Position numbers and translations under genes: made by a program
In this document: one piece after another, positions 1 through 11,812 of the stretch
Layout: each line of letters begins with the position of its first letter
Position numbering within the stretch: the stretch's first letter is position 1
The notes under the pieces: model-generated
What the model was told of the DNA's origin: nothing
Databases searched by the model: none
The model's input: only the letters and a program-made list of their open reading frames with translations
Origin: Takakia lepidozioides
Lineage: Eukaryota > Plantae > Bryophyta
DNA length: 64,000 nucleotides
Reading direction: 5' to 3'
Assembly (NCBI GenBank): GCA_030704615.1
Contig: CM060733.1
Span: 7,006,001 to 7,070,000, forward strand

Positions 1-758
1 TACAGCTAGTGTATCATGGGGGTGTTTCCTATTTGTTTCCCTTTGGTATTCATGTTAGCTATCTTACCATTGATAATTAAGTATCAGTTTGCTTTATCAA
101 TCTATTGGATTCCATCAACTCATCCATTCATTCCACAGCTTCACTCAGATCTCTCTACACAGTGTGATTGTATCGTAAAAGTATCCGATTATGATTTATC
201 AGGTATCAGGCCGAAGCCATTGTGTCTCTAATCTACTCTACAATATCATTACAGCCTTGCATATATCAAGCATCTACTCATCATCCTCTATCTTCACTTC
301 CGTTCTTCATCTCTGCCCGATCCCCTCTCCTCCTCCTCCTCCGAATGATTCCCTCATTCCCCGTTTCATCTTCCCTATCCGCGGTTCTAACCGTTTCCCT
401 CACTAACCGTCGTCTGTGAACTAACATGTTCCCTTCGCAGGTGTTGTTCCCCACAGTCGTTCCCCTGTCCTACTCTTCGTTCCCTATGATCGTGACAGCT
501 GTGTCAAGCTGTGACTGCTGTGTGAAACTGTGGGCTGTGACTGGCTGTGTGGCTGTGTCGGGCTGTGGAATGTGTGACGACTGTGACGGGCTGTGTATGT
601 GTGTCTGTGACTGTGTGTGACTGTGACGGGCTGTGAACAACCCCCCTACAGTGCGCTGCTGTCACCCCTAAGGTTCCTGTTGGTCTCAGTCTGTGCAAAA
701 ATTAAGGGTACCCTACAGATCCCGTATAAGTGTCTAAGTCCCCGACAGTCCTCTAACA
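1..758 (-). repeat. 3' LTR (truncated by the window edge, about 109 bp missing)
   Basis: Matches 11922-12797. Ends ...CTCTAACA at 758 (TGTTAGAG on the minus strand), next to the PPT. Confidence 0.95.
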
Positions 759-798
759 TTACCCCTTCCCCCCTCAAAAAGCCGTGTCCTCACGGTTT
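759..798 (-). other. Polypurine tract (GAGGGGGGAAGGGG) with an upstream hairpin ACCGTG-AGGA-CACGGC
   Basis: Plus strand 761-775 reads ACCCCTTCCCCCCTC, two bases from the LTR boundary. Confidence 0.9.
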
Positions 799-3700
799 AC
801 TGATTTCGACTAGCAAACCTTTGTGAGTGAGCACCTTTTGACGTTGAGAGTTTCGTGGCGGACTGTGTGTACGAGCCCGAGGTCTGTCTCTGTTTGACGG
901 AGATGGTTGATCTACCTGGATAAGTGAGGCCTCTGGAGGCTGATATCGAGGTAACTTTCCGGCATAGGAGATCCCCTTCGTTTCTTCTCTTCCATCTGAA
1001 TTGCATAGTCTTCTCCCATGTCAAAAGAATTCGTGAAGAAACAGTTGTATCAGAATCCTCATCGCCTCTCAGGTGTTTTAATTTTCGAACTTTTTGTGGA
1101 ATCATCTGGGGCATACAATGCTGTCCTACCATGTCTGGAAGTTTGTATTTTACAACTGGTGTAACCGTTGAACAGCAAAATTGGTGTAGACACTGAGCTC
1201 CTTGTCTGTCCAGGTGAGTGGGGTACCAATTACTGGTGCAGCGTGCAAGTATTCCATGCCACATGTCCCTTATAGAAAATGTCATCAAGTCCGAATTTCT
1301 GTGTTGACAAATTGTTGCAGGCTGCTTGAAACCATGAACGAATTTGAGAATCCTTTTGCATCATAACTTTTGGGTCATATAGGTACATATGAGGTGGCAC
1401 CGAAGGTAATACCCAATGATCTCCACTGGAATAACTTTGAAAGCGTGTTTGCATCTTTTGTTGCTCAATGTGGTAACGTACCAGAAAACAAGCAGCGTAG
1501 TATAACCCGCACCCATGACAATACTTGCTATCTCCTTGGTCTTGGTATAAATGAGTCCATGTACAACCTGGAAAGCAATCCAATTCCCTCAACATGGTAC
1601 CCTGCCTCGTGCCAGTATTGTGCAAAGTGATGATCTTCAATATGTCGATTGTTCGGAAGAACTTTAGTCCTTGCCACTGGCAGCCAAATACGCATGATTT
1701 GGTAGTAATGTGCGAATGACTGCGGAGGACTAAATTCTTTCCAAGCCAAATCCAACATGATGGGAATTTGGTTGAAGGGCATAATCATAGCCCTACTGTA
1801 CTCCCTTGCAGCTGGAGTTTTAGGTGGGTTAAAAGCGCATTGCCCCATACCTCCGGCTGTGGTGGCTGTGGTGTGGTTGTAGTAACCACAGGTTCAGCTA
1901 CTGGTACAGTGACTTGTTGTGGTGGTGGTGGTACTGGCTCTTGTATCATTGGCATCTCCTGCACCTCCTGTGAAGACTGAAAAGCCAAAGTTCTGGCTTG
2001 TAAATAAGAAGCCATTAGCTGTTCCTGAGGGATATAGACTCTTTGGTCGATGTTTGAAGTGAGGTCTTCCACTTGAGTCTGGAGTCCGTCTACATCCTCT
2101 TGTAACTCTGCTATCCTACTATAGACATTGTCTATAGTAGTTGTGGCAATGTTCTGCACCTGCAGCCTGAGCTCATTCATCTCGCTTTGGGTGAGCTTCC
2201 GTGGCTTTGCCCTCTACTGGCCCTTGTGCTAACCAGACCTGCATAAGGCTGTTATCCACCAAGTTGCTGTGGTTCCCCTGAGAGTTTGCTCCTCTCTTAG
2301 CTTGTACAATTCCAACTGCTGTTGTAAAGCCTCCATGCGCTTCGCCTGAGGTTCAACCAATTGCGCATAGCAGCAAGTAGATTATTGGCTTCTTCCAAGC
2401 CTTGTTATGACCGCGATTTCATTTCTATTGGCCATGATGGTTTGTTGCAACTCCACGATGTGCTTCTCTTGATCAGCTTCAATCTGCCTGTATTGCTTGA
2501 AAGTATCTTCATTGCGACAGATTGTATTCTTCATATCGACAATGAGCTTCATTTGCTCAACATTCTCTTCTTCTGCCTTCGTACATTTTTCCGCTTGACT
2601 GTTTATTTCTTTGTTGATTGGTCAAGCATAGTTGTAAATGTAGCACATTGTATCGCCATCCTGTTATGCACTGTCTGCAACTCCGTATGTAGTGCATTCA
2701 GTTCTTGCAACTTGCTTTCATGCTGCACCTGCATTTGGTATAGCTGTTGCTTATGTGCTTCGTGCAACTGGTCTTGCGCGAGGCCTGCCTCAATCAATTG
2801 TTGCTTGGCCAATTGCAAAGCCATTTCTGTATTCCCAAGTCCTGCTTCTCTTGAGAGTGACCTCTTCATCGACCTTGTTTGCACACTCAGTGGCAAGTCG
2901 AGCCTCAAACTCCTTCCTGAGTTCCTCTTTCAAGGCTGTCAATTGGGTAATTGGAACATGGGATTTGACATAAGTCCCCAACAAATTAAGTGTCCTGCCT
3001 ATGGAACTCATCAGCATTGCCTGTTGAGGGTCATCATGGTGAGGTTGCTGCTGTTCCTCCTGATCTTCAACAGTGTGATGTCTCACTAACCATTCAGGCC
3101 ATTGTCCCACCGGATTTTCTTCCTGAACTACTTCATCTATCACCGGTGCTACAGTGTCATGACCTTCCGCCTGTGGTACCTCCGACACAGGTGTGTGTAT
3201 TATATGCACCTCAGGATTTCCCTTGGGCAACTGTTGCACCTCTGGGATTTCTGTCTCCTTGACCAGACCAGAATATTCATAGAGAAGGTCCCCCTTCTCT
3301 ATTTCTGCCACTATCTGTTCTGTAGTTGGAATATCTAACCCTTCACTTTCCAAATCAATTATTTCGGTTGAGCTGCATGGATAACTTGTGACCTTGTGAC
3401 AAGTCGTTCAAGTGGCTGTGTGGTTGTGATGCAGAAGTAACTTCCTCCTCCCTCTCTGAAGGTCCTGCTTCCAGTAATAGCATTTCTTGTGCTGCTGTGC
3501 CCCTTCCTGGCCATGAGCTTGGGAAACATTATCATGCGGAATCCGTGAAGCCAGTGGATCCGCCACTACAGTCTTTCCCCTCTCTGCCTCTTAGTCTCGG
3601 GTTGCCCTGCTAGTCCACCCTCACTGTGTGAAGAGCCTTGCTCTTCCATTGCAGTTGTTTCTGGCTCAAACACTCCCATTTCCTTCCTTTCTTGCGCATT

Positions 3701-4554
3701 AAGTATGCCAGAATCAAGGATTATTTGAGCAATGATTGGGCCAGACACTATGATAGGAGACTTTGCGGTAGTACCTTGTAATCTTTTCATCTCCTCTACC
3801 AGTGCGTTGTACATTATGTCCGCCCATTGTACCTCTTGTCCCTTCAGGCCTTTGAGTATTTCCTCTGTGAAGGATCTGCTCAAATATGTTGGTTCTGTTT
3901 CATGGCAATCAGAACGTTCAATACCTGGCCTACTCTTTTAACCCTGGGTACACAGCCTTGGTACAAGCATAACCCTGAGTTTTAAAGAAACTCCCTTCTT
4001 GGAATAAGTCCCCTATTTGCAGTCTTGCCCTGTGTTCTCCACATGCACCTGACCTGCTGGCAATCGAAACAATTGCTGGAGGTATAGGGGAGTAATCATT
4101 AATTCAACTCCCTTCACCGTTGTTGTTCCTGTCCTTGGCTCAAAGTTCTGCAAAAATTGTAACATGTACTGTCTATGGTGTAGTGTCCAATCTAGGCTTT
4201 GCAATCCTTCAATCTCAGCTCCTCCAGTATCTTATCGCCTGTGGGGTAGCAATCGTTTGTTTCTGCAGAATTGTGGTGCTCTTCACCCTGATTTCCTCCA
4301 TTCCTCTCACTCTCTTCATTTTAGACTCACAGAACTGCTTTGGCTGTAACAACTGCAGGAATGCCTGTAGTGCACAAAGCATAAACGTATGGTTTGCCGC
4401 AGAAAGCTATGGGTAATTTCTTGTAAGCCTGCGGGGCTTGCAAGCATCGCTCAAGAGAAAAGCTCCGCTCTGTCCTTTCGTGTCTATGCCACTGCGTAAG
4501 TAATATTGCGAGCGTATAGTCTGTTAGTTCCTCCATAGTTTCCAAGTATAGCAT
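797..4554 (-). pseudogene. Frameshifted extra 3' ORF(s) of the retrotransposon: N-terminal plant-transposon-type domain, acidic linker, long coiled coil and an unknown C-terminal globular domain
   Basis: Consecutive minus-strand ORF pieces: 4013-4204 (YMLQFLQNF...LQQLFRLP), 3566-3883 (VQWADIMYNALVEEMK...GPIIAQII), 2790-3353, 2603-2908, 1785-2180, 1528-1848, 1230-1640 and 797-1288. Confidence 0.7.
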
Positions 4555-5004
4555 TGATGGTTGTCCTGTCGAGACGCCCGTTACTCAGAACGACGCCGCC
4601 TCTTGCGCTCAATTTCCCTCCATTTTCTTGATCCTTTCTCTGGTTTTCTATTGGCTGTATCCGCTGTGACTGGATTTTAATTTTATCTTCTTTAGTGGAC
4701 TTTCCCTGTTGGATAGTCCACTAGGATCACACATGTGACAAGAATTCGGCTTTTCTGTACTTGCCGTTCGTTCCGTTTCCCTTTTTCCGTATTCATTAAT
4801 GGGCCCGCCTTTCATCCCTTTTGACGGCCGTTCTTGTCCTCTTTCTTTTTGACACCTGTCTTGCACTTCATTCTCGGCTGTGTGTCGCGCCCTGACCTCC
4901 ACGTGTCTTTTTAAAGTAATTTCCGTTTCTCCTTCCTTCAGCCATTTTCCTGAAGTTATTATGTGTCCACTTGTCACTGATTCTATGGATCGTGTAACTT
5001 TAGT

Positions 5005-5190
5005 AGGCTGTGTTGAGCTGTGACAGGCTGTGTCATACTGTGTTACGCTGTGATTGTGCACTGTGCTTGATAGGCTGTGACACTGTGGTAGTGATAGGCT
5101 GTGTGTGCTGTGTTTGCCTGTGATAGCTATAGGCTGTGTTGCCTGTGATGGGCTGTGATAGGCTGTGTCAACTGTGATAGGCTGTGTCAC
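5005..5190. repeat. Internal GGCTGTG(A/T)-type minisatellite related to the LTR array
   Basis: Repeated aggctgtg, gctgtgat and ctgtgac units downstream of integrase. Confidence 0.8.
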
Positions 5191-6378
5191 GTTTGCCCAC
5201 CCTGGTCATATATGCTGGGCCTAGCGACAAGTGTTCCATACTCCGTTCGTAACACTGGTGCAGCCCGTGACTGCTCTTGCGGTTCAACATGCAAATCATG
5301 CTGCAGGGTTTGTCATGGATACCACTGTACCCCTTCAACTTATTTGCATTGACTCTTCCCAGCATTTCTTTGTTAATGGTTTGTAACATGGCGGTGTTGT
5401 TATCATACATCTTTTGTATGACATAAGGTCCTTTCCATGGTGATTTAAGCTTAGAAGCTTGAATCTTTCCTTTCTTCTTAAACATAGAACCAAATCCCCC
5501 GTCTTAAAAGTCTTTAACTTGCCTTCATCAAACTGTTCCTTTCGCTTCATCTGAATTCTGGTCATATTATCAGCTGCATCAGCACGTACTTCTTCCACAT
5601 GGTATAATTCATGTTTCCTGACCTTGATGGAGTCTTGCAATTCCATTCTTTTTCCCCACTCCGTTCTCATGGTAGGTAACAGGAATTCCACTGGAAGTAA
5701 GGCTTCCATACCATAAACTAATTGGAATGGTGTATACTTAGTGGTGACTTTATATGAAGTCCTGTATGACCACAAAGCTGTCAGCAGCTTTGTATCCCAA
5801 TCCGTTCTGTTTGCATTGACTATCTTAGCCAAGATAGTACATAGTATTTTGTTGGTAGCCTCTGCCTGCCCATTACCCTGTGGGTAATATGTTGTACTCT
5901 TTCTATGCACAATCATAAACTCTTTAGTCAACAACTCAATGGTCTCATTCATGAAGTGACTTCCTTGATCACTGATAAATTCTAAGGGACAGCCAAATCG
6001 TGTAAGTATGTTCTCGTACAGGAACCTTGCTGTGGACTTGGCTGTGTTGTCCCTCAAAGCTTTAGCTTCCACCCACTTTGTAGTATAATCAGTGGCTGTA
6101 ATTATGTACCTGTTTCGTGTATTCTTGGATGGTGGGTTAATTGGTCCAACAAAGTCTAGTCCCCATTTCTGAAATGGTTCCGTAGGCATTGTAGGATGCA
6201 AGGCCATCCTTCCAGATCTCTGCAAAGGTCCTAGCCTCTGACATTCATCACACTTCTGACAATACTCGTGTACATCTTTGAACAAAGTAGGCCACCAGTA
6301 TCCTGCGAGTAGTATCTTTCTACTGGTAGTCTCTTCTCCAAAATGACCTCCAGCCACTCCTTTATGAACTTCCTCCAA
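5168..6378 (-). pseudogene. Integrase (HHCC zinc finger, rve core, GPY/F motif), frameshifted
   Basis: H-x5-GHF...GYWWPTLFKDV...C-DE-C; WGLDFVGP; ISDQGSHF; YYPQGNGQAEATNK; SPWKGPYVI. Confidence 0.95.
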
Positions 6379-7200
6379 ACTTTATTTACTTCATGGTGGT
6401 ACAAGCATCGTTTTAGTACTCCATCAGGTCCTAACTTATACATTCTGCTTCCTACCATAGTATAAGGTAAAGCTTTGATAGCGATTCTCTTCCTCTGCTC
6501 CTTACCATAACTAGGTGGGCACTGACCATGAGCAAGGTAGTATCTGATTGGCCACTGCCAATCTAACCATTCATCTGCACTTCCTTGCACCTCCATTACA
6601 AATAAACTCGCATCAGGTAACTGATCGTCCACTCCTGTGGCGGCCTCTCCTGTTGTTAGTCGTGACAAATGATCTGCCACAAGATGCAAACGGCCAGGCT
6701 TGTAAATAACCTCGAACTCAAACTCATGCAAGATTATTAACCACCTCGCTATCCTTCCACTTATCAAAGGTTTGTTCACCAGATATATCAGAGCCTGGTG
6801 ATCCACATAAACATAAACTTTCTTCCCAATAGGTAATGCCTGAATTTCTTCACTGCATAGATCATTGCCAATGCTTCTCTTTCCGTTGTGCTATAGTTCC
6901 TCTCAGCACTGTTCATCAACCGGCTAGCATAGTACACAGGTGAATCTATATTCCCTGTAACATTCTGGGCTAACACCGCTCCCAACGCTTCTCCTGATGC
7001 ATCGCAGTGAACATGAAATACTACATGCCAGTGAGGGTTAATCAGCACAGGTGTAGTTGTTACTGACAGTGTAAGTTCCTCAAACGCCTGTTGACATTCA
7101 GCTGTCCAGGCAAACACTGCATCTTTCTTCAGAAGCTTGCTCAATGGTGCTGCTATTTGTGCATACCTTTTGACAAATCTTCTGTAATAACTGGTTTGCC
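6231..7200 (-). pseudogene. RT connection and RNase H of pol, frameshifted
   Basis: FHVHCDASGEALGAVLAQ, YYASRLM..AERNYSTTEREALA, DHQAL, GRIARW, HLVADHLSR. Confidence 0.95.
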
Positions 7201-7977
7201 CAAGGAATCTCCTTAACTTTTAACATTCACTGGTGGTGGAGAGGCTTTAATGGACTCTGTCTTCCTGGGATCCACAAGGAGTCCCTTCTTACACACAATG
7301 TGTCCCAGAAGCACCCCTGAGTTCACACAGAAAGTACACTTCTCTGGATTCAGGCCCAGACCTCTCATCCTGCATCTGGCCAACATAACTCCAATTTATG
7401 CAAGTGCTCATTCTTAGAGCTGTACACACTGAAATCATCCAAGAACCTGCATGAAATCATCCAGATACTCATGAAAAGATTCACTTATCACTCTCTGAAA
7501 GGTCGCTGGTGCATTACAAAGTCCAAAGGGCATGACTTTGTATGCATAAGCCCCCCAGTCTGTGATGAAAGCTGTTTTCCCTTGGTCTTCTTCTGCCACT
7601 TGCACTTGATTATAACCACTGAAGCCATCCATGAATGAGTACATCTCATGGCCTGCCACAGTGTCTAATACTGCTTCTTCTGTGAATGGCAAAGGGAAAG
7701 GATCTTTCTTCGTACAAGCATTCAGCTTCTTATAGTTCACACATACTCTTAGTTTGCCATTCTTCTTGGGAACTATAACAATGGGTGACAACCAAGTTGT
7801 ATACTCTATTGGGTATATAAACTTAGCCTCAGCCAACTTCTTTATCTCTTCTCCAACCTTCTGTGCGTAGTTGGGATTCATTCTATACCTCGCCTGCTTG
7901 ATTGGTACTGACCCTGGTTCCAGTTCAATCTTATGCTGACAGACTTCAGGTGGTATCGATTCTTTTAGCTTCCCCAT
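7200..7977 (-). pseudogene. Reverse transcriptase of pol, frameshifted
   Basis: WLSPIVIVPKKNGKLRVCVNYKKLN, DPFPLPF, FMDGFSGYNQ, VMPFGLCNAPATFQR; the FLDD-type catalytic motif is split by a frameshift near 7440. Confidence 0.95.
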
Positions 7978-8163
7978 TTACTTCTCTCACCTGCTCATCA
8001 GCTGTGATTGTCCAACCAGTCACCACTTCATCCTGTAAGCTCACAGTGGCTGGTTCTTCTAGGATTTCTATTTCTCCTTCTCTTTCTTCATAGAAATGTG
8101 ATGGGTAAATGCTGGTTTCCTCTTCAGTTGGTGTTGCTGTCACTACACCACAGCAGATACCTC

Positions 8164-8886
8164 TCAAACACTTAGGCTTTCCAGCCGCATCTCTGCAACC
8201 TGCTCCCACTCTGGGTGTGCAGCAAATAGGGTAGCTTCCTGCTCCTCATCCAGTCCTCCTCTCCAGTCATACTCTCTGACTCCTCGAGGTCTTCTTGTAG
8301 CAGGTAATCTACTAGATTTCTTTGTGGTAATTTGTATCTCGTGTATCCCATTATGCACGGTTAGTAACTGAGAATTCCAGTCATGGAATACCCTGGCCTG
8401 TTTCAGCCACGGACGTCCCAATAATAAGGAGTAAGCCTCCATGACTTCATCCATTTTTAATACAGTTACTGTGATCATAAAGATCATTTTCTGTATCTGT
8501 ATCTTAACTCCTCTTATTAATCCCAATGGCTGTACACTTCTTTGATCTGCCATTGTTACTGTAAATGGGGCTGGTTTCATGTTACTTAGACCAAGCTTCT
8601 TCCTTAATTGGTCTGTCATGATATTTACTCCAGAACCACCATCTATCAGTACATCAGTTAGTTCTGTGCTTCCAATTCTCAATTGGATTACTGGCATAGA
8701 ATCATCAAAGTCCATGACTGGTTCTCGCCCTTCCGGCTTCACATTATAACTGGTCACCTTGCTGTTCAGGTCTGTGTTTCCTGTCTCTTGGGCAATTCGA
8801 TTGATTGCTTGATACAGCCTGTGCCTACAATAAGGTGCCACACAGCTAATAGCTGTCCAATGGTAATTTCTGCTTTGGTCTGACAT
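8164..8886 (-). pseudogene. Retroviral-type aspartic protease
   Basis: VLIDGGSGVNIM and LLLGRPWL motifs. Confidence 0.9.
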
Positions 8887-9137
8887 ATTACTTCAGCCAA
8901 AGTCTCTTCATTACTTTGCATGTCTGCATCTTCTTTTTTCCTTTCTCCTCACTCCCTTCTTTTTCTCCATCCGAATCAGAGGAATCTGCCACAGGAATAT
9001 CAGTACTCTTTTGCATTTCCCTTATAGTATCTGCCACTTCCTTTGTGCAGTTCCTTCTCATCTTTCCAAGTCTCTTCATCTTCAGGCATATCATTGCCAC
9101 TTCCAGTCTCATCTTCTTCCTCTTCTACTGGAGGTAT

Positions 9138-11203
9138 TTAGTTGGCTTTACTTCTTGTTACTATCATTGTACTTACTTCTGGTACAACACATGGCCTAAC
9201 CATGTGAGCTGCCACCACTGGGCCCTCATTCACAGGAGCTCTCATCTCATTCTGGTGTCTTATCCAGAATGAACAGGCTGCCTTGCGATGTCCTGGCTGA
9301 TTACAATAGTAACATAGCTCTTCACCATTGGGTCCTCGCCCTTGGTCTGTTCTTGGATTATTTCTATAATCCTGATTCCCGGGCTGGTAATTCCCCCTTG
9401 GATTACCCTGATAGTTGCCTCTGGAATTTCCTTGGTAATTCCCTCTTGAATTACCTCTCCCTTCCATGCCATTGTTATAACCACCAGACCTACCATAGTG
9501 GTCCTGATCATTGTTTCTTCTTGGCTGGGGCTGCACCTGATGCACCCTTACTTGCCTAGGTTCTCTTGCAGCTGTCCTTCTGTTGTAGTAACAATTCTCA
9601 GTAGAATGGTTATCCATTTTACAGATAGTACAGTGTTTCTCCTTCATGTGGCATTCTGTGGTGGTATGGCCTTCATTCTGGCACTTTGCACACCATACCC
9701 TTCCTCCAATGTGTTGCAGCCTCTGTGGCATACTTCTTCAAGATTTCTTCAATTTTTTTTCATAGTTATCCCTCTTCAACTTCTCCTTTCTCTTACTCTT
9801 CTTTTTTAGTTCTTGCTCTTCTTCTTCATCTGACTCATCCTCAGAGTCCTCATCTTCTTTTTTCTCTCTCCTGAGCATTCCCAATTGCTCAATTCTGTTC
9901 GCAGTTTCAATGCCTCCTCCACTGTATTATGGGGTAACATATCCACTTTCTTTTGCAACTCTGGTCTTAGTCCACTCACAAACCAAGTCTTCTGTAAACC
10001 GGGTGCTGGTACTGCAGCCAGCTTTTTCATCATCAATTCCATCTTCTCCATATACTCTTCAACAGTTTCATGCTTCTTCTGCTTCAGCTGTTGTAAACTT
10101 CCATACACTTCATCCTCAGTTTTACTTGTCCTGAACCTATTTCGAAATGCTGTATTCAAGCCATTCCAGGTTAGGAAATGATTATCAGGGAATCTTGCAT
10201 ACCATTCACTTGCTTTCTTGATAAGTGAACAAGGAAACAGTCTCATCTTGGCATCATCGCCATTCTCATTGTTCACTATACACATGTGCTCAAATTGGCT
10301 AATGTGTACATCGGGATCCCCTTTTCCTGAATATATTGGAAAGGGTGGTTTTGCCCGTGTTGGTTGTAACGCCATCTGTGGCCCTACCTTCTGCCCACTG
10401 ACAGGTGCTGGCACCCTTGCTGGTGCTGGTCCTTCTGGACCTGTTGTTTTTGTGGTGGATCTTCCACCAAGTGGTGGCCCTTGAGCACTCCCTGCTTCTG
10501 GCCCCACGATATTCACAGTATTCCCAGCTTCAGTTGCACTACTTCCCACACTCCCTGTCCCCCCAGAGCCAGATCCAGGCAGCCCGCCTGATCCCCCTGA
10601 GCCGACACCTTCGTTGGCCTGTGATCCAAGTGCTCCACTTGATCCAGGTCCAACGGGTTGGGATGTCCTGGTTGTAGTCTCAACCTCAGCTGTTGGGTCT
10701 ACTTCTTCATATTCTTCTTCTTCTAATTTCTCTCTCTGTTTTCATCCTCCAAGTTCTGCCCTTGGGTTTCTTCTTCACTCATGTAACTCAACTGTAATGG
10801 TGTTGGAGAGTCTGAACTCTCCGTTGGCTCTGCCACATCCTCTTCTCCTTCTTCATCTTCTGCTTCAAACTGGAGTTCCTGCTTTTGGTGTTCCATGCCA
10901 ACTCTTATCAAAGATTTCTGTCAAGTCTTTTATCCAAGGATGTACCTCAGATCTTTCACCTCGTGATTGATCTTCTTCCTGTACCAATTCCCTTAATCTT
11001 TCTTGCAAAGAAACAGAAGGAGTGGCATCCAACTCTAGTTCTTCCGGTATAGGTGATGCACTCTTTGATCTTGATGGTGTGAGAGGTCCAGATGATTCCC
11101 CTATGTCTATTCCTCTCTCCCAAAGATATGGATAATTAGCTTTCAGATAGCTTTCTCTTTTTGCTGAATATCTCTGTCGTCTAGCTTCTCTTTCATCACT
11201 CAT
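9138..11203 (-). pseudogene. Gag (capsid/Retrotrans_gag plus three CCHC zinc knuckles), frameshifted
   Basis: YSGKGDPDVHISQF...LFPCSL...ASEWY...TW..L...F; LKQKKHETVEEY; knuckles CAKCQNEGHTTTEC, CTICKMDNHSTENC and CYYCNQPGHRKAAC. Confidence 0.9.
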
Positions 11204-11224
11204 GTCCCATGTCTTTCATTTCTT

Positions 11225-11770
11225 TTAATGTGGCAATAACCAAAACTCTCTTCTGTAATATCTCTCGTATATGCCTGGGTTTCTTTCAAGCTTCAATGCA
11301 CCCTTGGCTATACTTGAAGTCTCCGTTACCATATAACCATATGGCAAACAAGTCTGAAAAGCTGTTCTTGGTGTGAGTTTGATCCACAAAATATCCTTTG
11401 GAATCCAATTCTTTACCAGTACAAGCTCTTCATGCATATGAGTATAAACATTCACCTTTCTTTCTTCCCAGCCTTCAAACTCTACTCGTTTAATGGATAG
11501 CAATGCTATCACATAAACCAATGTTGGTAACCAACGTGCTCTTCCTCTACAGGCTACCTGATAAATCTTTATCACTCCTTTCTCCAGACCCCATTCTGGA
11601 TCAGCATCATGCACTCGTTTAAGAATATTTTCTTTACAACCGTCTGGCAATTCCAAGAACCTTTGAAAGAATTGTTTGGACAATCTTTCTTCCTTCGTTC
11701 CACAGGGAATTTGATTCACTTCAAATTCTTTAATGGTCCAACCACCATGATCCCACCAGATGCCTGTCAC
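11225..11770 (-). CDS. Extra 5' ORF of the retrotransposon (about 180 aa, unknown function) between the PBS and gag
   Basis: Uninterrupted, Trp/aromatic-rich globular-looking ORF directly downstream of the PBS; its stop is 22 nt before the gag ATG. Confidence 0.6.
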   Translation of the reverse strand: MTGIWWDHGGWTIKEFEVNQIPCGTKEERLSKQFFQRFLELPDGCKENILKRVHDADPEWGLEKGVIKIYQVACRGRARWLPTLVYVIALLSIKRVEFEGWEERKVNVYTHMHEELVLVKNWIPKDILWIKLTPRTAFQTCLPYGYMVTETSSIAKGALKLERNPGIYERYYRREFWLLPH

Positions 11771-11790
11771 ATCTGGTTGTTCATGTCCCA

Positions 11791-11810
11791 GGTCCCCAGT
11801 ATGGTCGCCA
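11791..11810 (-). other. Primer binding site TGGCGACCATACTGGGGACC (tRNA-Arg-like)
   Basis: Begins with TGG 2 nt after the LTR terminal CA; resembles the complement of plant tRNA-Arg 3' ends rather than tRNA-iMet. Confidence 0.8.
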
Positions 11811-11812
11811 AA

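Noticed and set aside
492-636. CTGTG arrays as CRISPR-like or telomeric arrays, and the His/Ser/Thr or Cys/Val ORFs over them
   Set aside because: Short degenerate tandem units with no unique spacers and no cas genes; the ORFs are by-products of the repeat.
2361-3089. 242-aa hydrophobic plus-strand ORF as an env or membrane protein
   Set aside because: Antisense shadow of the Q/E/K coiled-coil ORF.
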